Source: an uncultured Candidatus Competibacteraceae bacterium
GTDB taxonomy: Bacteria; Bacteroidota; Bacteroidia; CAIKAF01
DNA: 59,628 nt
NCBI GenBank assembly: GCA_964545365.1
Contig: CAZJFM010000005.1
Span: 12,462 to 72,089 of the forward strand
Direction: 5' to 3'
Shown here: positions 48,061-58,092 of the stretch, piece after piece
Layout of the letters: the number at the start of each line of letters is the position of its first letter
How positions within the stretch are numbered: the stretch's first letter is position 1
Made by a program: the position numbers and the translations under genes
Notes under the pieces: generated by a model
Seen by the model: only the letters and a program-made list of their open reading frames with translations
Database searches by the model: none
What the model was told of the DNA's origin: nothing

Positions 48061-49005
48061 CGTCCAAAGCACATCCACAAACCAATGCCTGCAATCGTAA
48101 TAGGATGCCCTTTTCTTCAAGCCCAAATGCTCCTGCATATACTTAATATCTGAGGGGCTATATTTACGAGATATTTCTGTTTTTATGGCTTCCCAAGCCC
48201 TAAAGGAAACAGCTAGGCCTAAGGATTCTATGTAGACCTCTTGGTGCTTTGTACTTATCAAAAATGACCTGGCTTCTTGCGCCACAGGTTCATAATAAGC
48301 CGCGTGATCAAAAGCCTCCATGTCGAAATCTGCTCCCAACTCCCGGTTGATTCTATCCAGGAGATTCAAATTAAAGGCACGTGTAACCCCGGCGGCATCG
48401 CTGTATGCGGCCTCAATGGCACGTGGATCTTTAACCAAATCAAGGCCCAAAAGCAAGCCGTCCCCTTTCTGCATGAGCCTCCGAATGGAACTTAAAAAGT
48501 CTAAGGAGGCCTCCCAGGCCATATTGCCCAGGTTCGAACCTAAAAAAAGAAACAAGCGTTTTCTGGGTCTGGGCAAAGCGTTCATGGCCTTTAAAGCCTC
48601 TTGGTATTCTGAAGCCACGGCATGGACCTTCAAATGCGGCAGTTCCTCCCCTAGCCTATCCTTTAGGTCTTGCAGTGCATGCGCCGAAATGTCAATGGGC
48701 AGGTAGGAGCAGTCCTCACTTTGCGCTAAGGCAGCTTCCAACAAATGACGTGTTTTAGTGCCATCTCCGGCACCAAGTTCTACCACATCAAAGGCTTCAC
48801 CAGCGCCAAATTCAGCAACCATTGCCTTGGATTGATGCACAAGAACATCCATCTCCGAACGGCTTAAATAATATTCCGGCAAATGCATAATGCGCACAAA
48901 TAGCGCATCTCCTTTAGCATCATAAAAATACCTGGAAGGCAGGTTCTTTGGGTTGGATTGCAAGCCTTTTCGCACAGCTTCTGCAAAATCTGAGTGGGCA
49001 TCCAT
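48055..49005 (-). CDS. egtD: L-histidine N-alpha-methyltransferase
   Basis: LPSRYFYD--GD-LF--I--LPEYYL, ELGAGDG-KT, FLGSNLGN, AYSD-AGVT-AFNLN and TEISRKY motifs. Confidence 0.95.
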   Translation of the reverse strand: MDAHSDFAEAVRKGLQSNPKNLPSRYFYDAKGDALFVRIMHLPEYYLSRSEMDVLVHQSKAMVAEFGAGEAFDVVELGAGDGTKTRHLLEAALAQSEDCSYLPIDISAHALQDLKDRLGEELPHLKVHAVASEYQEALKAMNALPRPRKRLFLFLGSNLGNMAWEASLDFLSSIRRLMQKGDGLLLGLDLVKDPRAIEAAYSDAAGVTRAFNLNLLDRINRELGADFDMEAFDHAAYYEPVAQEARSFLISTKHQEVYIESLGLAVSFRAWEAIKTEISRKYSPSDIKYMQEHLGLKKRASYYDCRHWFVDVLWTL

Positions 49006-49173
49006 GGCCTTAAAATACAATTCCTATGGAGGCTTACCACAGTTTTTAGAGCATTTAACCCTCTTTTTATTCCAACTAAAATTGAGGGAACAACAGTAAA
49101 CTCAATAACACTCAAATAAAAAAGGCCGGTAGATGCTTCCAATGTAGTCCCGGTAGGCAGCCAAAAAGGAAAA

Positions 49174-50370
49174 TTATTGCGCCAACCTTAAGCCGCTAAA
49201 TTGCCACCTTAAGTGCGGATGGAAAAAGTTACGGTAAGTAATGCGGCTATGCCCTTCAGGAGTGGCAGCCGATCCACCACGCAACACCATTTGCCCACTC
49301 ATGAATTTGCCATTATACTCTCCCAAAGCACCTGCATCTACCTCAAAACCGGGATAAGGCAAATAGGCAGATTGGGTCCATTCCCAAACCCAGCCGTGCA
49401 CAGGAAAATGTTGTGGAAACAGTCGGGCAGCGACCTCCCATTCTGTTTCCTTGGGCAAGCGCTTTCCTGCCCAACGGGCATATGCTTCCGCCTCATAATA
49501 ACTCAAATGAGCTACCGGATACTGAGCATTTAGCGGCTTTAATCCTGCCAAACTGTAATACATCCACCTGCCTTCTTCTGTATTCCTATGCCAATGCAAA
49601 GGAGCCTTTAGGCCTTGGTGCTGAACCAAGTCCCAACCTTCGGCAAGCCATAACCGATGGTTCAAGTAGCCTCCATCATCTATAAACTCTAAATATTCCA
49701 ACTGATGCACCGGCCTAAGGGCAATGGAAAAATCGTCCAACCATACCTTATGGGCAAGCTTCTCATTATCGAATGCGAAGCCTTCCCCGCTATGCCCAAT
49801 ACTGTACAGGCCCTCCTCAATATCTAGCATTTCAGACTCCTTGGGAAGCGTTTGAAACTCTACAAAATCCTTATGGTACTCAGGCAAAAAAGGCTGGTTA
49901 CCCAAAATGAATTTAATGTCGGTAAGCAATAATTCCTGGTGCTGCTGCTCGTGATTTAGGCCTATCCAAACCCTTCGCAAGGCCTCTTGCGGCAAGGTTC
50001 CTGAATTTAAGGCCGCCTTCATCTGCTCATCTACATAAGCTCTGTAGGCTAGAACCTCTTCCACGCCGGGGCGCGACATGGCCCCTCTTTGCTCTCGCCC
50101 AACCCGCTCTCCCATACCTTCGTAATAGCTATTAAAAAGGTAAAAAAACTGTGGGTTAAAGGGCTTGTATTCCTTAATAAAATCTTGAAGAACAAAGGCC
50201 TCGAAAAACCAAGTGGTATGCGCCAAGTGCCATTTGGGAGGACTCACATCTACCACAGGCTGCACCACATGATCTTCTTTGGTAAGTAAAGAGCAAATGG
50301 CTTCGGTACGGTTGCGAATATCTACAAAGGCCTGTTTCATCAATACAGATTTAATTCTTTCCAAAAGCAT
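49174..50370 (-). CDS. egtB: Ergothioneine sulfoxide synthase (DinB_2 + FGE-sulfatase domains)
   Basis: SPPKWHLAHTTWFFE, HEQQHQE (HX3HXE), YNGKFM and RNFF---RWQFSGLRLA motifs. Start is 50370 or 50340. Confidence 0.93.
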   Translation of the reverse strand: MLLERIKSVLMKQAFVDIRNRTEAICSLLTKEDHVVQPVVDVSPPKWHLAHTTWFFEAFVLQDFIKEYKPFNPQFFYLFNSYYEGMGERVGREQRGAMSRPGVEEVLAYRAYVDEQMKAALNSGTLPQEALRRVWIGLNHEQQHQELLLTDIKFILGNQPFLPEYHKDFVEFQTLPKESEMLDIEEGLYSIGHSGEGFAFDNEKLAHKVWLDDFSIALRPVHQLEYLEFIDDGGYLNHRLWLAEGWDLVQHQGLKAPLHWHRNTEEGRWMYYSLAGLKPLNAQYPVAHLSYYEAEAYARWAGKRLPKETEWEVAARLFPQHFPVHGWVWEWTQSAYLPYPGFEVDAGALGEYNGKFMSGQMVLRGGSAATPEGHSRITYRNFFHPHLRWQFSGLRLAQ

Positions 50371-50489
50371 TAAAGCCTGAACACAATCCGGATATGATTG
50401 CCCGGTGAACAAATGTATTGCAACAATATACAGTCAATTGCTCAGGAATGCACCATCCCTAAGGTTATACTTTAACAAAGAAAACCGGA

Positions 50490-50996
50490 TCAAGCCAACC
50501 GAGAGCGAACCAAACTCACCATAGCCAATCCGGAAATCAGGCCGTAGGCCGTTAAGCCGGACATGGTAAATACCGTCCGCAATTTTAGGCTATTCAAGGT
50601 GGTTAGGTTGTCCATAAATTTGGCTCTATCCTCCAAGGAAAGCTCCGCAGGGAGCTCCGAAGCTGCCATATCTACCAAACCCGGCAAATATTCCGGGTCA
50701 ATCCAACCATAATACAACCAAACGGCTCCAGAGCATAACACTGCCGTGAGCAAAGCCACTTTTCCGGCCTCTTTAAAAGCTTCAAATCCGCTTTTGCCCT
50801 GCAAAAAGGCTTGGCGCGCCACCACAAACTGAAAAGGCAATAAAGCCAACAGCAAAGGGGCAGCAGGCATTCTTAAAAAGAAACCGAAATGCCCTTCACC
50901 GGCAATCCAAGCATTCAAAAGTTCAGGCAAATGCACCATTCGGTACAACAAATACCCAAGCCCTAAATAACAGCCGTAAAGTACCGCCCGATTCAT
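50490..50996 (-). CDS. DUF4199-like membrane protein
   Basis: Four hydrophobic segments; Y---IDPEY motif. Confidence 0.7.
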   Translation of the reverse strand: MNRAVLYGCYLGLGYLLYRMVHLPELLNAWIAGEGHFGFFLRMPAAPLLLALLPFQFVVARQAFLQGKSGFEAFKEAGKVALLTAVLCSGAVWLYYGWIDPEYLPGLVDMAASELPAELSLEDRAKFMDNLTTLNSLKLRTVFTMSGLTAYGLISGLAMVSLVRSRLA

Positions 50997-51000
50997 GTGT

Positions 51001-52755
51001 TTAGCCGTTCATCGAAAGCAAAAACTCTTCGTTGCTTCGGGTAAATTTCAGTCGATCGGTCAAAAACTCCATAGCCTCAACCGTATTCATATCCGAAAGG
51101 TGGTTGCGCAACACATAAAGTCGGTTGATGGACTGCGGATCTTGCAACAAATCATCGCGCCGGGTACTGGAGCCATTGATATCAATGGCCGGATAAATGC
51201 GCTTGTTGGCCAATTTACGATCCAACTGCAATTCCATGTTTCCGGTTCCTTTAAACTCTTCAAAAATAACCTCGTCCATTTTGGATCCGGTGTCAATCAA
51301 AGCTGTAGCCAAAATGGTAAGCGAACCTCCATTTTCTATTTTACGGGCAGCACCAAAGAATCGCTTGGGCTTTTGCAAGGCATTGGAATCTACCCCACCG
51401 GTCAATACTTTACCCGATGCGGGAGCACAGGTATTGTGTGCACGGGCCAAACGCGTAATGGAATCCAATAAGATCACCACATCTTGACCGCTTTCTACCA
51501 AACGCTTAGCTTTTTCCAGCACAAGGGTGGCAATTTTGACATGACGCTCGGCAGGTTCATCAAAGGTAGAAGCAATAACCTCTGCATTAACACTGCGCGC
51601 CATATCGGTCACTTCTTCCGGGCGCTCGTCAATAAGCAAAATAATAAGGTAAATCTCCGGATGATTCTTGGCTATGGCGTTGGCAACCTCCTTGAGCAAT
51701 ACGGTTTTTCCCGTTTTGGGTTGAGCTACAATCAAGCCGCGCTGGCCTTTACCAATTGGGCTAAACATGTCCATAATCCGAACCGACAAAGAGTTGTTCT
51801 TTGCTGCAGGATTCACAATGTTTATTTTCTCAAAAGGAAACAAGGGGGTCAAATAATCAAACGGTACCCTATCCCGCACAACGGCCGGATCTTGACCATT
51901 GATTTCCTTTACTTTAATTAAGGGGAAATACTTCTCCCCCTCTTTTGGTGGGCGTATTACCCCTACAATGGTATCCCCGGTTTTTAAAGCAAATAATTTA
52001 ATCTGAGACTGAGACACGTACACATCGTCCGGCGAAGACAGGTAATTGTAATCGGAACTACGCAAAAAGCCGTAGCCGTCCGGCATAATTTCCAACACGC
52101 CCTCGGCATCTACCGTACCTTCAAAAGCATAATGGTCAAAGGCTTTTCTGCCCTGTCCATCGTCTTGACGCTGATCCGGGCGGTTTTGACTCCGTTGGCC
52201 TTGACGGTCGTCTGCATGTTGGTTTCGTTGGCCTTGACGCTCCTCTGCAGATTGCTTCTGATTTCTGTATTCTCTTTGCTCTCGTTCAGGATGCCGAAAA
52301 GGCTTGGGTTCTGCCGAGCGTCTGCCTTCAGCACGAAAGTCCTTGGCTTGCGTACCTTCTGCATCCTTTAGAGGATTGCGGCGAGGCTCTCGAAGAGAAA
52401 CGCGCACTTTTCTTTCCGGCGGTAATGGAGCCTGAATTGCATCTTCCGCAGTAGCATCCTTACTTTGGGCAGTTGCCATTGGCTCACTTTCCTGCTCCCG
52501 CTTAGGAGAGGTATCTTTCTTACCATCGTCTTGACGAATCAAGCGCACACGGCGGCGTATTTTTGGCTGTTCTTCGGTTTCACTCCGCTTTTCCGTCCCC
52601 TTGGACTCAACAGACGAAGATGAAACAGACTTGGCAGAAATCTGCTCAATCAATTGATCTTTGCGCATGTACTGAAACTTCTCAATGTGCAATTCCTTTG
52701 CAATATTCTTGAGTTCAGGCAATAACTTACGCTTCAATTCCTCTTTCTCGTACAT
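51001..52755 (-). CDS. rho: Transcription termination factor Rho with long charged N-terminal insertion
   Basis: [35 protein letters not shown] and FKGTGNMEL motifs. Confidence 0.98.
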   Translation of the reverse strand: MYEKEELKRKLLPELKNIAKELHIEKFQYMRKDQLIEQISAKSVSSSSVESKGTEKRSETEEQPKIRRRVRLIRQDDGKKDTSPKREQESEPMATAQSKDATAEDAIQAPLPPERKVRVSLREPRRNPLKDAEGTQAKDFRAEGRRSAEPKPFRHPEREQREYRNQKQSAEERQGQRNQHADDRQGQRSQNRPDQRQDDGQGRKAFDHYAFEGTVDAEGVLEIMPDGYGFLRSSDYNYLSSPDDVYVSQSQIKLFALKTGDTIVGVIRPPKEGEKYFPLIKVKEINGQDPAVVRDRVPFDYLTPLFPFEKINIVNPAAKNNSLSVRIMDMFSPIGKGQRGLIVAQPKTGKTVLLKEVANAIAKNHPEIYLIILLIDERPEEVTDMARSVNAEVIASTFDEPAERHVKIATLVLEKAKRLVESGQDVVILLDSITRLARAHNTCAPASGKVLTGGVDSNALQKPKRFFGAARKIENGGSLTILATALIDTGSKMDEVIFEEFKGTGNMELQLDRKLANKRIYPAIDINGSSTRRDDLLQDPQSINRLYVLRNHLSDMNTVEAMEFLTDRLKFTRSNEEFLLSMNG

Positions 52756-52953
52756 ATAATGTGTGTAATAGAGTACCCCATTCCGGACAACGAAATTTCA
52801 AAACTTGGAATGGTGGCGTGGGGAGAAGGTTTCTTCGGCTGCAAGTTTACAATTTTTTTTCTGTATGTACACGTTTATATACATTTTTTGTAAAAAATCC
52901 GCCGGGACCCGCTCTCCGGTTCCATTCCTTACCTTTGTGCAAACCTTGGAAGC

Positions 52954-53415
52954 ATGATTCAACGCGTACAAACCCTTTGGCTTTTAGCTGTGCTTATCCT
53001 TCAATCCCTTATTTGGTTTTTACCTTTTGCCTCTTTTTCTATGGCATCCGGCCAAGACCTAAACGTGGCGCTTCAAAGTTTGCCCGATACGGTAGAAGGT
53101 GCATTCACCGGATATTTAAGCCTTTACGTCTGTTGGGCAATTGCCGTGCTTTCTGCCTTAATTGGCATTTTTCTATTCAAAAAACGAAGGCAACAAATGA
53201 AACTTTGTGTCTATGGCATGATTTCCTCTGCTTTGTTTGCCATTTTTGCTTGGATTACTGCGTTCAAACTTGCCGATGCCACGCAGGCAGAGCTCCACAT
53301 GGGCAGCTCGCTCAGCTTATTCATGCCGGTACTAAGCCTGCTTTGCTTTGTTTTGGCCTTACGCTATATCCGCAAAGACGAGGCCTTGATTAAATCGCTG
53401 GATCGGCTTCGGTAA
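52954..53415 (+). CDS. DUF4293 family membrane protein
   Basis: MIQRVQTLWL N-terminus, IFLFKKR--QMKL and I-KDE-L-KS-DRLR C-terminus. Confidence 0.9.
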   Translation: MIQRVQTLWLLAVLILQSLIWFLPFASFSMASGQDLNVALQSLPDTVEGAFTGYLSLYVCWAIAVLSALIGIFLFKKRRQQMKLCVYGMISSALFAIFAWITAFKLADATQAELHMGSSLSLFMPVLSLLCFVLALRYIRKDEALIKSLDRLR

Positions 53416-53424
53416 TTGTTTTTA

Positions 53425-53605
53425 TTTGGGGGCAGCCGGGCTGTCCTGACGGGTAGGTCAAGACCCAAGGCTTGCTGCAAATCCTCAGCCCCAAAGCACG
53501 GGCGGCTAAAGGCTGCGTGGTCTTCCTCAAAGCATTGAGATAAGCCTCTGATCCTTAAGCCAACCGGCTTTGGGACTTGCGGATTTTGCGATGCATCCCT
53601 ACCCC
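53425..53605 (+). repeat. Palindromic interspersed element, copy 9 (divergent)
   Basis: Starts TTTGGGGGC; stem CCCAAAGC 53490-53497 / GCTTTGGG 53567-53574; ends CATCCCTACCCC. Confidence 0.7.
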
Positions 53606-53668
53606 GGAGATCCTCTAATGAACAGAATCTCCTCACATAAAACACCTCTCCAAAAATGGAAAGAACCC

Positions 53669-53820
53669 GCGCCAGGGACCGGCACGGAAAGCCCGGATGA
53701 CCAAAGGCATGCAAAGCCTAAGCCGTGCGGGGTGGAGCGCAGCAAACCCTGCACGGCACTAGCTTTGCTGCCTTTGGGCAACGGACTTGAAGGGAGGGCC
53801 CGGTTCAGGCGCCCTAAAAA
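53669..53820 (-). repeat. Palindromic interspersed element, copy 10 (loop type TTGCTGCGC)
   Basis: Three nested perfect stems (53701-53709/53769-53777, 53711-53717/53762-53768, 53722-53728/53751-53757). Shares AAAGCCCGGA, GCGCAGCAA and GGACTTG flanks with copy 3. Confidence 0.85.
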
Positions 53821-53823
53821 AAA

Positions 53824-54612
53824 TTAATGGTAGCGAACGGCCAAATCTAAAGGCAAAATGTCGTTGGGCGATAAACCGTTCAATTCGGCCAGCTGGTTAA
53901 CGTCCACCTGATATTTGTGCGCAATGGCGTATAGGTCTTCGCCGGGATGTACCACATGGAACTTTTCACCATTGGTGCAATCTAAATATCCGCGCTTCAG
54001 GTACAAATCCACACACTCAAACCGAGGCTTACCGCTATCGAAATCAATAACATGTGCCGGATTGAAGGGGAGTCCAAGGAAGCGCATTTCAAAATGCAGG
54101 TGAGACCCGTAAGATCGCCCGGTATTGCCCCCTAAGCCAAGCACTTCGCCGGCTTGCAAATAGTCGCCGGGCTGCACTTTTAGCTCCGACAGGTGCGCAT
54201 AGTAGGTTTCTAAACCGTTGGGGTGTCTTACGATCACCAAATTACCGTAAGAGCCGTTATAAGCGGCAAACCGAACCATACCTTCGAAGGCTGCAACTAC
54301 CTGATCTCCGGTTTCCAAATCCAAATCAATGCCATAGTGCATGCGTCTCCAACGGCGACCAAAGCCACTGGTGGTAGGTCCGGGAGCGGGATTTACATAA
54401 TCGCAATCCATGCGCACCAAGGATAGGTTCACGGTGTCGTTTTGCGGGAATTGAATGGGGCCGCGGTAATGGATTTCACTGGTATCCCAGGAAGCATACC
54501 ATTCAAAGGCGGGCAATTTGGCTTCGGCGGGCACACCGGATGGCGGAACGGCTGCCCAGCCCATGAACCAGACACCGACAAAAACCATCAAATATGTACA
54601 AGCCTTGCTCAT
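53824..54612 (-). CDS. M23 family peptidase with C-terminal LysM
   Basis: HYGIDL, YYAHLS, GNTGRSYGSHLHFE and LysM-like V-PGEDLYAIAHKY motifs. Confidence 0.93.
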   Translation of the reverse strand: MSKACTYLMVFVGVWFMGWAAVPPSGVPAEAKLPAFEWYASWDTSEIHYRGPIQFPQNDTVNLSLVRMDCDYVNPAPGPTTSGFGRRWRRMHYGIDLDLETGDQVVAAFEGMVRFAAYNGSYGNLVIVRHPNGLETYYAHLSELKVQPGDYLQAGEVLGLGGNTGRSYGSHLHFEMRFLGLPFNPAHVIDFDSGKPRFECVDLYLKRGYLDCTNGEKFHVVHPGEDLYAIAHKYQVDVNQLAELNGLSPNDILPLDLAVRYH

Positions 54613-54762
54613 AAAATTTCGGAAGCCAAAAATAAAAGAATATGAGAAGGACGCCGCAGAAAAAAGGTGAAAAACCTGTTAATACGATGGAAAGCGGTCC
54701 GCAAAAATAAAACAACCCACTGAAATTCAGAATAGTCCAAATTAACAAGACAGGTTTGAAAA

Positions 54763-55050
54763 CTATTTTACGCGCACTTCGGCAATGGTATCCTTTCCCA
54801 ATTGACGGTTCATTTGTTCCTGAATGGTAGAACGGCTCATATGCAACTCCTGCCTAAGCGCCGGAGATTCAACCGCAATGGTGAGTACACCTTCTTTGAA
54901 TTGAACACGGCGGGTTTTGGAGGCAATGAAAGGACCAGCCAGCTCTTCCCAGCATTTTTTGGCCTTATGTTCCGTCATGCCTTCTTGCAAGCGGTAGCGC
55001 TTCATTAAGGCTTCTATCGCTTCTTTTAGGGTATACTCGTTTCCTGCCAT
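54763..55050 (-). CDS. DUF721/DciA family protein
   Basis: W-ELAGP-IA--T, L-I-VESPALRQEL motif; directly downstream of recF. Confidence 0.88.
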   Translation of the reverse strand: MAGNEYTLKEAIEALMKRYRLQEGMTEHKAKKCWEELAGPFIASKTRRVQFKEGVLTIAVESPALRQELHMSRSTIQEQMNRQLGKDTIAEVRVK

Positions 55051-55053
55051 GCA

Positions 55054-56151
55054 TCAAAGTTCGAAAAACCTAGCTTCAATTGCGATTTTTTGAAGCACTT
55101 CTTGCAGCTTTTGCTCTCCGGTGTCGGTAACGATGGTTTGCCCAAACCCGGGACCGGTAGCCAACTCCAACAAGCGTTGCACACGAAAAGGGTCCAGCTT
55201 ATCAAAAACATCGTCGAGTAATAGCAGCGGAGTACGGCCGTTTTTTTCTTTCAAAAACTGATGTTCGGCCAATTTTAGAGCGGCCAAATAAGATTTTTGT
55301 TGTCCTTGAGAGGCAAAGCGTTTTAGGGGGTATTCGTCCAGTAAAAAGAGTAAATCATCGCGATGGGGACCGAGGCTGGTGTATTGCAGCAGCAAATCTT
55401 TTTGCCTTGCCTCTCTAAACTGCATGGAGGCCTGTTCTATGTCTAAACCGGCCTTGTATTCCAGCCCAGGCCGTTCGGCCTCCCCACTGAGCCTTGCGTA
55501 GAAATCCTCAAAAACCGGTAAAAACTGGGCAATAAACTCAAGGCGTGTTTGGAGCAATCCGGGCAGCAAGAGCATCAGTTGGTCGTCGAGCACGTCTAAG
55601 GTTTCCAGGCTTCCCTGCCTGTCGGCCAACTGCTTTAGCAAGGCATTTCGCTGACTTATCAAGCGGTTCCATTGCATTAAAGACTGCAAATACCGTGCAT
55701 CGTATTGGCCAATGAGGGCATCCAAAAACTTTCTACGTTCCTCGGAACCTCCCAGCACCAAAGTGGCGTCTTGCGGTGCAATAACCACCATAGGAAAACG
55801 CCCTATATGGTCGCTTAATCTTTCGTAAGGCTTTTTGTTGTGGCGTATTATTTTCTTTTGGCCTCTGCCGGCGCTAATTTGCACCAAGCTTTCTTGCCCC
55901 TGCACCAGAAAACGACCTTCTATCAAAAATGCTGCGACTTTGGATTCCTCCTCATTTTCGAACCATCGAACCGAGCTGCCGTCGGGGAAGTTTAAAAAAC
56001 TTTTGGTGAAACCCAAGTAATATACGGCATCCAGCACATTCGTTTTTCCGGCGCCGTTGGGTCCGGTGATTACATTTACTCCGTCTTGAAAACGAAAATT
56101 TAGCTCGGCATGATTCCGAAACTGAAACAGGTGCAAGGACTGTAATACCAC
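55054..56151 (-). CDS. recF: DNA replication/repair protein RecF
   Basis: GPNGAGKTN, ERRKFLD, GPHRDD, SQGQQK and LLLDD motifs. TTG/GTG-type start as given by the ORF track. Confidence 0.96.
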   Translation of the reverse strand: MVLQSLHLFQFRNHAELNFRFQDGVNVITGPNGAGKTNVLDAVYYLGFTKSFLNFPDGSSVRWFENEEESKVAAFLIEGRFLVQGQESLVQISAGRGQKKIIRHNKKPYERLSDHIGRFPMVVIAPQDATLVLGGSEERRKFLDALIGQYDARYLQSLMQWNRLISQRNALLKQLADRQGSLETLDVLDDQLMLLLPGLLQTRLEFIAQFLPVFEDFYARLSGEAERPGLEYKAGLDIEQASMQFREARQKDLLLQYTSLGPHRDDLLFLLDEYPLKRFASQGQQKSYLAALKLAEHQFLKEKNGRTPLLLLDDVFDKLDPFRVQRLLELATGPGFGQTIVTDTGEQKLQEVLQKIAIEARFFEL

Positions 56152-56297
56152 CCTGCGAAGGTAATACTACTGCCCCTTAGAAAAAAAGATTTCAGTTATT
56201 GGCCTTGGCTTAGGGAAGGCTTATCTATGCTTTATAGGGAAAAATGCCTTAAGGCCGGAAAAAAAATATATTTTTGCACTCTTATTGAGCTGAATTT

Positions 56298-56975
56298 ATG
56301 GCCGAACAAACCGAACAACCGATCGAGAAAAAGAGCTTTGATACCGAAGCTTGGTTTGCTAAAAACCAAAAAAGCATACTCATTGTAGCCGCCGTAGTGG
56401 TAGCCGTCGCAGGCTATTGGTACATGACGCGAAGCAATCCAAACAGCCCCGAAGAGGTGATTGCCGCAGAATCTCTGTTTATGGCAGAGCACCTGTTTGG
56501 CCAAGATTCTTTGGAAACTGCACTTAATGGCCGCCCGGGACAGTTCGAGGGCTTTGCCGATATTGCAGCAAATTACCAAGGTACTTCCGCCGGAAATGTC
56601 GCTCAATTGTATGCCGGCCTTTGCCACCTCAACTTAGGGCGCTTTCAGGAAGCTATTCCCTATTTGGAAACCTATGCATCGGACGATAAAATCTTAGGCC
56701 CCATGGCTAAAGGTTGCCTAGGCGATGCATACTGGGAGCTTGGAAACCCCGAAGAGGCCTTGGCCTGGTACCGCAAAGCTGCGGACGCTTCCGAAAATTT
56801 ATTAACCACCCCTATGTATTTGCAAAAAGCGGCGGTTGTGCTAGAATTCGATCTCAATAAACCCGGCGAGGCTTTGGAGCTTTACAAGCGCATCCAAAAA
56901 GACTTCTTTTATTCCAATGAGGGCCGCTCGGTTGAAAAAAGTATCGCCCGTCTTGAAGCAGCTGCGCAATCCTAA
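56298..56975 (+). CDS. Membrane-anchored tetratricopeptide repeat protein
   Basis: N-terminal TM helix; TPR-like helices (YAGLCHLNLG-FQEAI-YL, GCLGDAY-ELG). Confidence 0.88.
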   Translation: MAEQTEQPIEKKSFDTEAWFAKNQKSILIVAAVVVAVAGYWYMTRSNPNSPEEVIAAESLFMAEHLFGQDSLETALNGRPGQFEGFADIAANYQGTSAGNVAQLYAGLCHLNLGRFQEAIPYLETYASDDKILGPMAKGCLGDAYWELGNPEEALAWYRKAADASENLLTTPMYLQKAAVVLEFDLNKPGEALELYKRIQKDFFYSNEGRSVEKSIARLEAAAQS

Positions 56976-56984
56976 GCAACAGCT

Positions 56985-57470
56985 ATGTCCACTGCCGATA
57001 AGCACTTAAGCGATATAGGCCACCTTCGTACCGAGGTAAAAAATATTCAAGCCAAACGCATTGTGGTAGTTCGGGCCCTCTGGAACGATGCCGTAACGGG
57101 TGCTTTGCTAACAGGTGCCTTAGATTTTCTCAGAAAAGCAGGTTTGCCTGAATCAGGCCTTGAGGTTATAGAAGTTCCGGGCACCTTTGAATTGACCTAC
57201 GCAGCAGCTAAAGCTTTAAAACAACAGGTCGACGGCATAATCGTTTTAGGCTGTGTGGTTCGCGGAGAAACTCCACACTTTGATTATATATGTCAAGGGG
57301 TAACTCAGGGAATTAGCTTGCTCAACGCGCAAGGCTCGGCACCTGTGATTTTTGGAGTACTTACAACAGAAAACCAAGACCAAGCGCTAGATAGAGCAGG
57401 AGGAAGGTTCGGAAATAAAGGAGAAGAAGCGGCCGCCACACTGCTGCACATGTTGGCAGCCATTGATTAA
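56985..57470 (+). CDS. ribH: 6,7-dimethyl-8-ribityllumazine synthase
   Basis: WND-VT--L, VPG-FEL, GCVVRGETPHFDY and G--GNKG-EAA motifs. Confidence 0.97.
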   Translation: MSTADKHLSDIGHLRTEVKNIQAKRIVVVRALWNDAVTGALLTGALDFLRKAGLPESGLEVIEVPGTFELTYAAAKALKQQVDGIIVLGCVVRGETPHFDYICQGVTQGISLLNAQGSAPVIFGVLTTENQDQALDRAGGRFGNKGEEAAATLLHMLAAID

Positions 57471-57597
57471 TGTATTTGCGCTTTAAGCTCCGGCAAAGCT
57501 TTATCGGCAGCTCAAAATAGCTTGGGGCTATTCCGCCAAAAGCGACCTTGGTCCGGAGATAGGTTTAAAGGTTCGTTTTCTTTTGCAAACAAATCAA

Positions 57598-58092
57598 TTA
57601 TCTGCCTGCCTCAATTTCCTTGTGGATTCCTTTAAGCGTATCAATGGCTTCCTGAATGTGCTTTACGGCATTGAATTGACTGGAAAACATGGATCGGATG
57701 ATTCCCCGGTGGTCAATAACAAAAGTGACTCTTCCCGGAATAAGCATCATGGTATTGGCCACTCCATACATTTTCCGAACCTTAGAAGAACTATCGCTAA
57801 GTAAGGTAAAGGGCAATTTGTGCCTGTCGGCAAAGCGCATATGGGAACTTATGGAATCGGAACTTATGCCAACTACTTCTGCACCTAAATCTCTAAAGAC
57901 CTCGTAATTGTCTCTAAAGCAGCGTGCCTCCATTGTGCAGCCGGGAGTATCGTCTTTGGGATAAAAATATAAGACTACAGCCTTATTTTGGCGGAATTCT
58001 GAAAACTTCACCAATTCTCCGTGTTGATTTTTCAGCACGAAATCGGGGGCAAAATTTCCCGTTTTTAATGTTTTTGATGCGCTTGCTGTCAT
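57598..58092 (-). CDS. bcp: Peroxiredoxin, BCP/PrxQ type
   Basis: YFYPKDDTPGCT-EA--FRD and GRVTFVID motifs. Confidence 0.95.
   Translation of the reverse strand: MTASASKTLKTGNFAPDFVLKNQHGELVKFSEFRQNKAVVLYFYPKDDTPGCTMEARCFRDNYEVFRDLGAEVVGISSDSISSHMRFADRHKLPFTLLSDSSSKVRKMYGVANTMMLIPGRVTFVIDHRGIIRSMFSSQFNAVKHIQEAIDTLKGIHKEIEAGR

Noticed and set aside
49021-49173. Small gene or selenocysteine/SECIS signal between egtB and egtD
   Set aside because: No convincing ORF, no in-frame TGA in egtB and no stable hairpin seen.
57471-57597. Further degenerate element copy between ribH and bcp
   Set aside because: Only short pairings (CTCCGG/CCGGAG, AATAGC/GCTATT); lacks family ends and loop.
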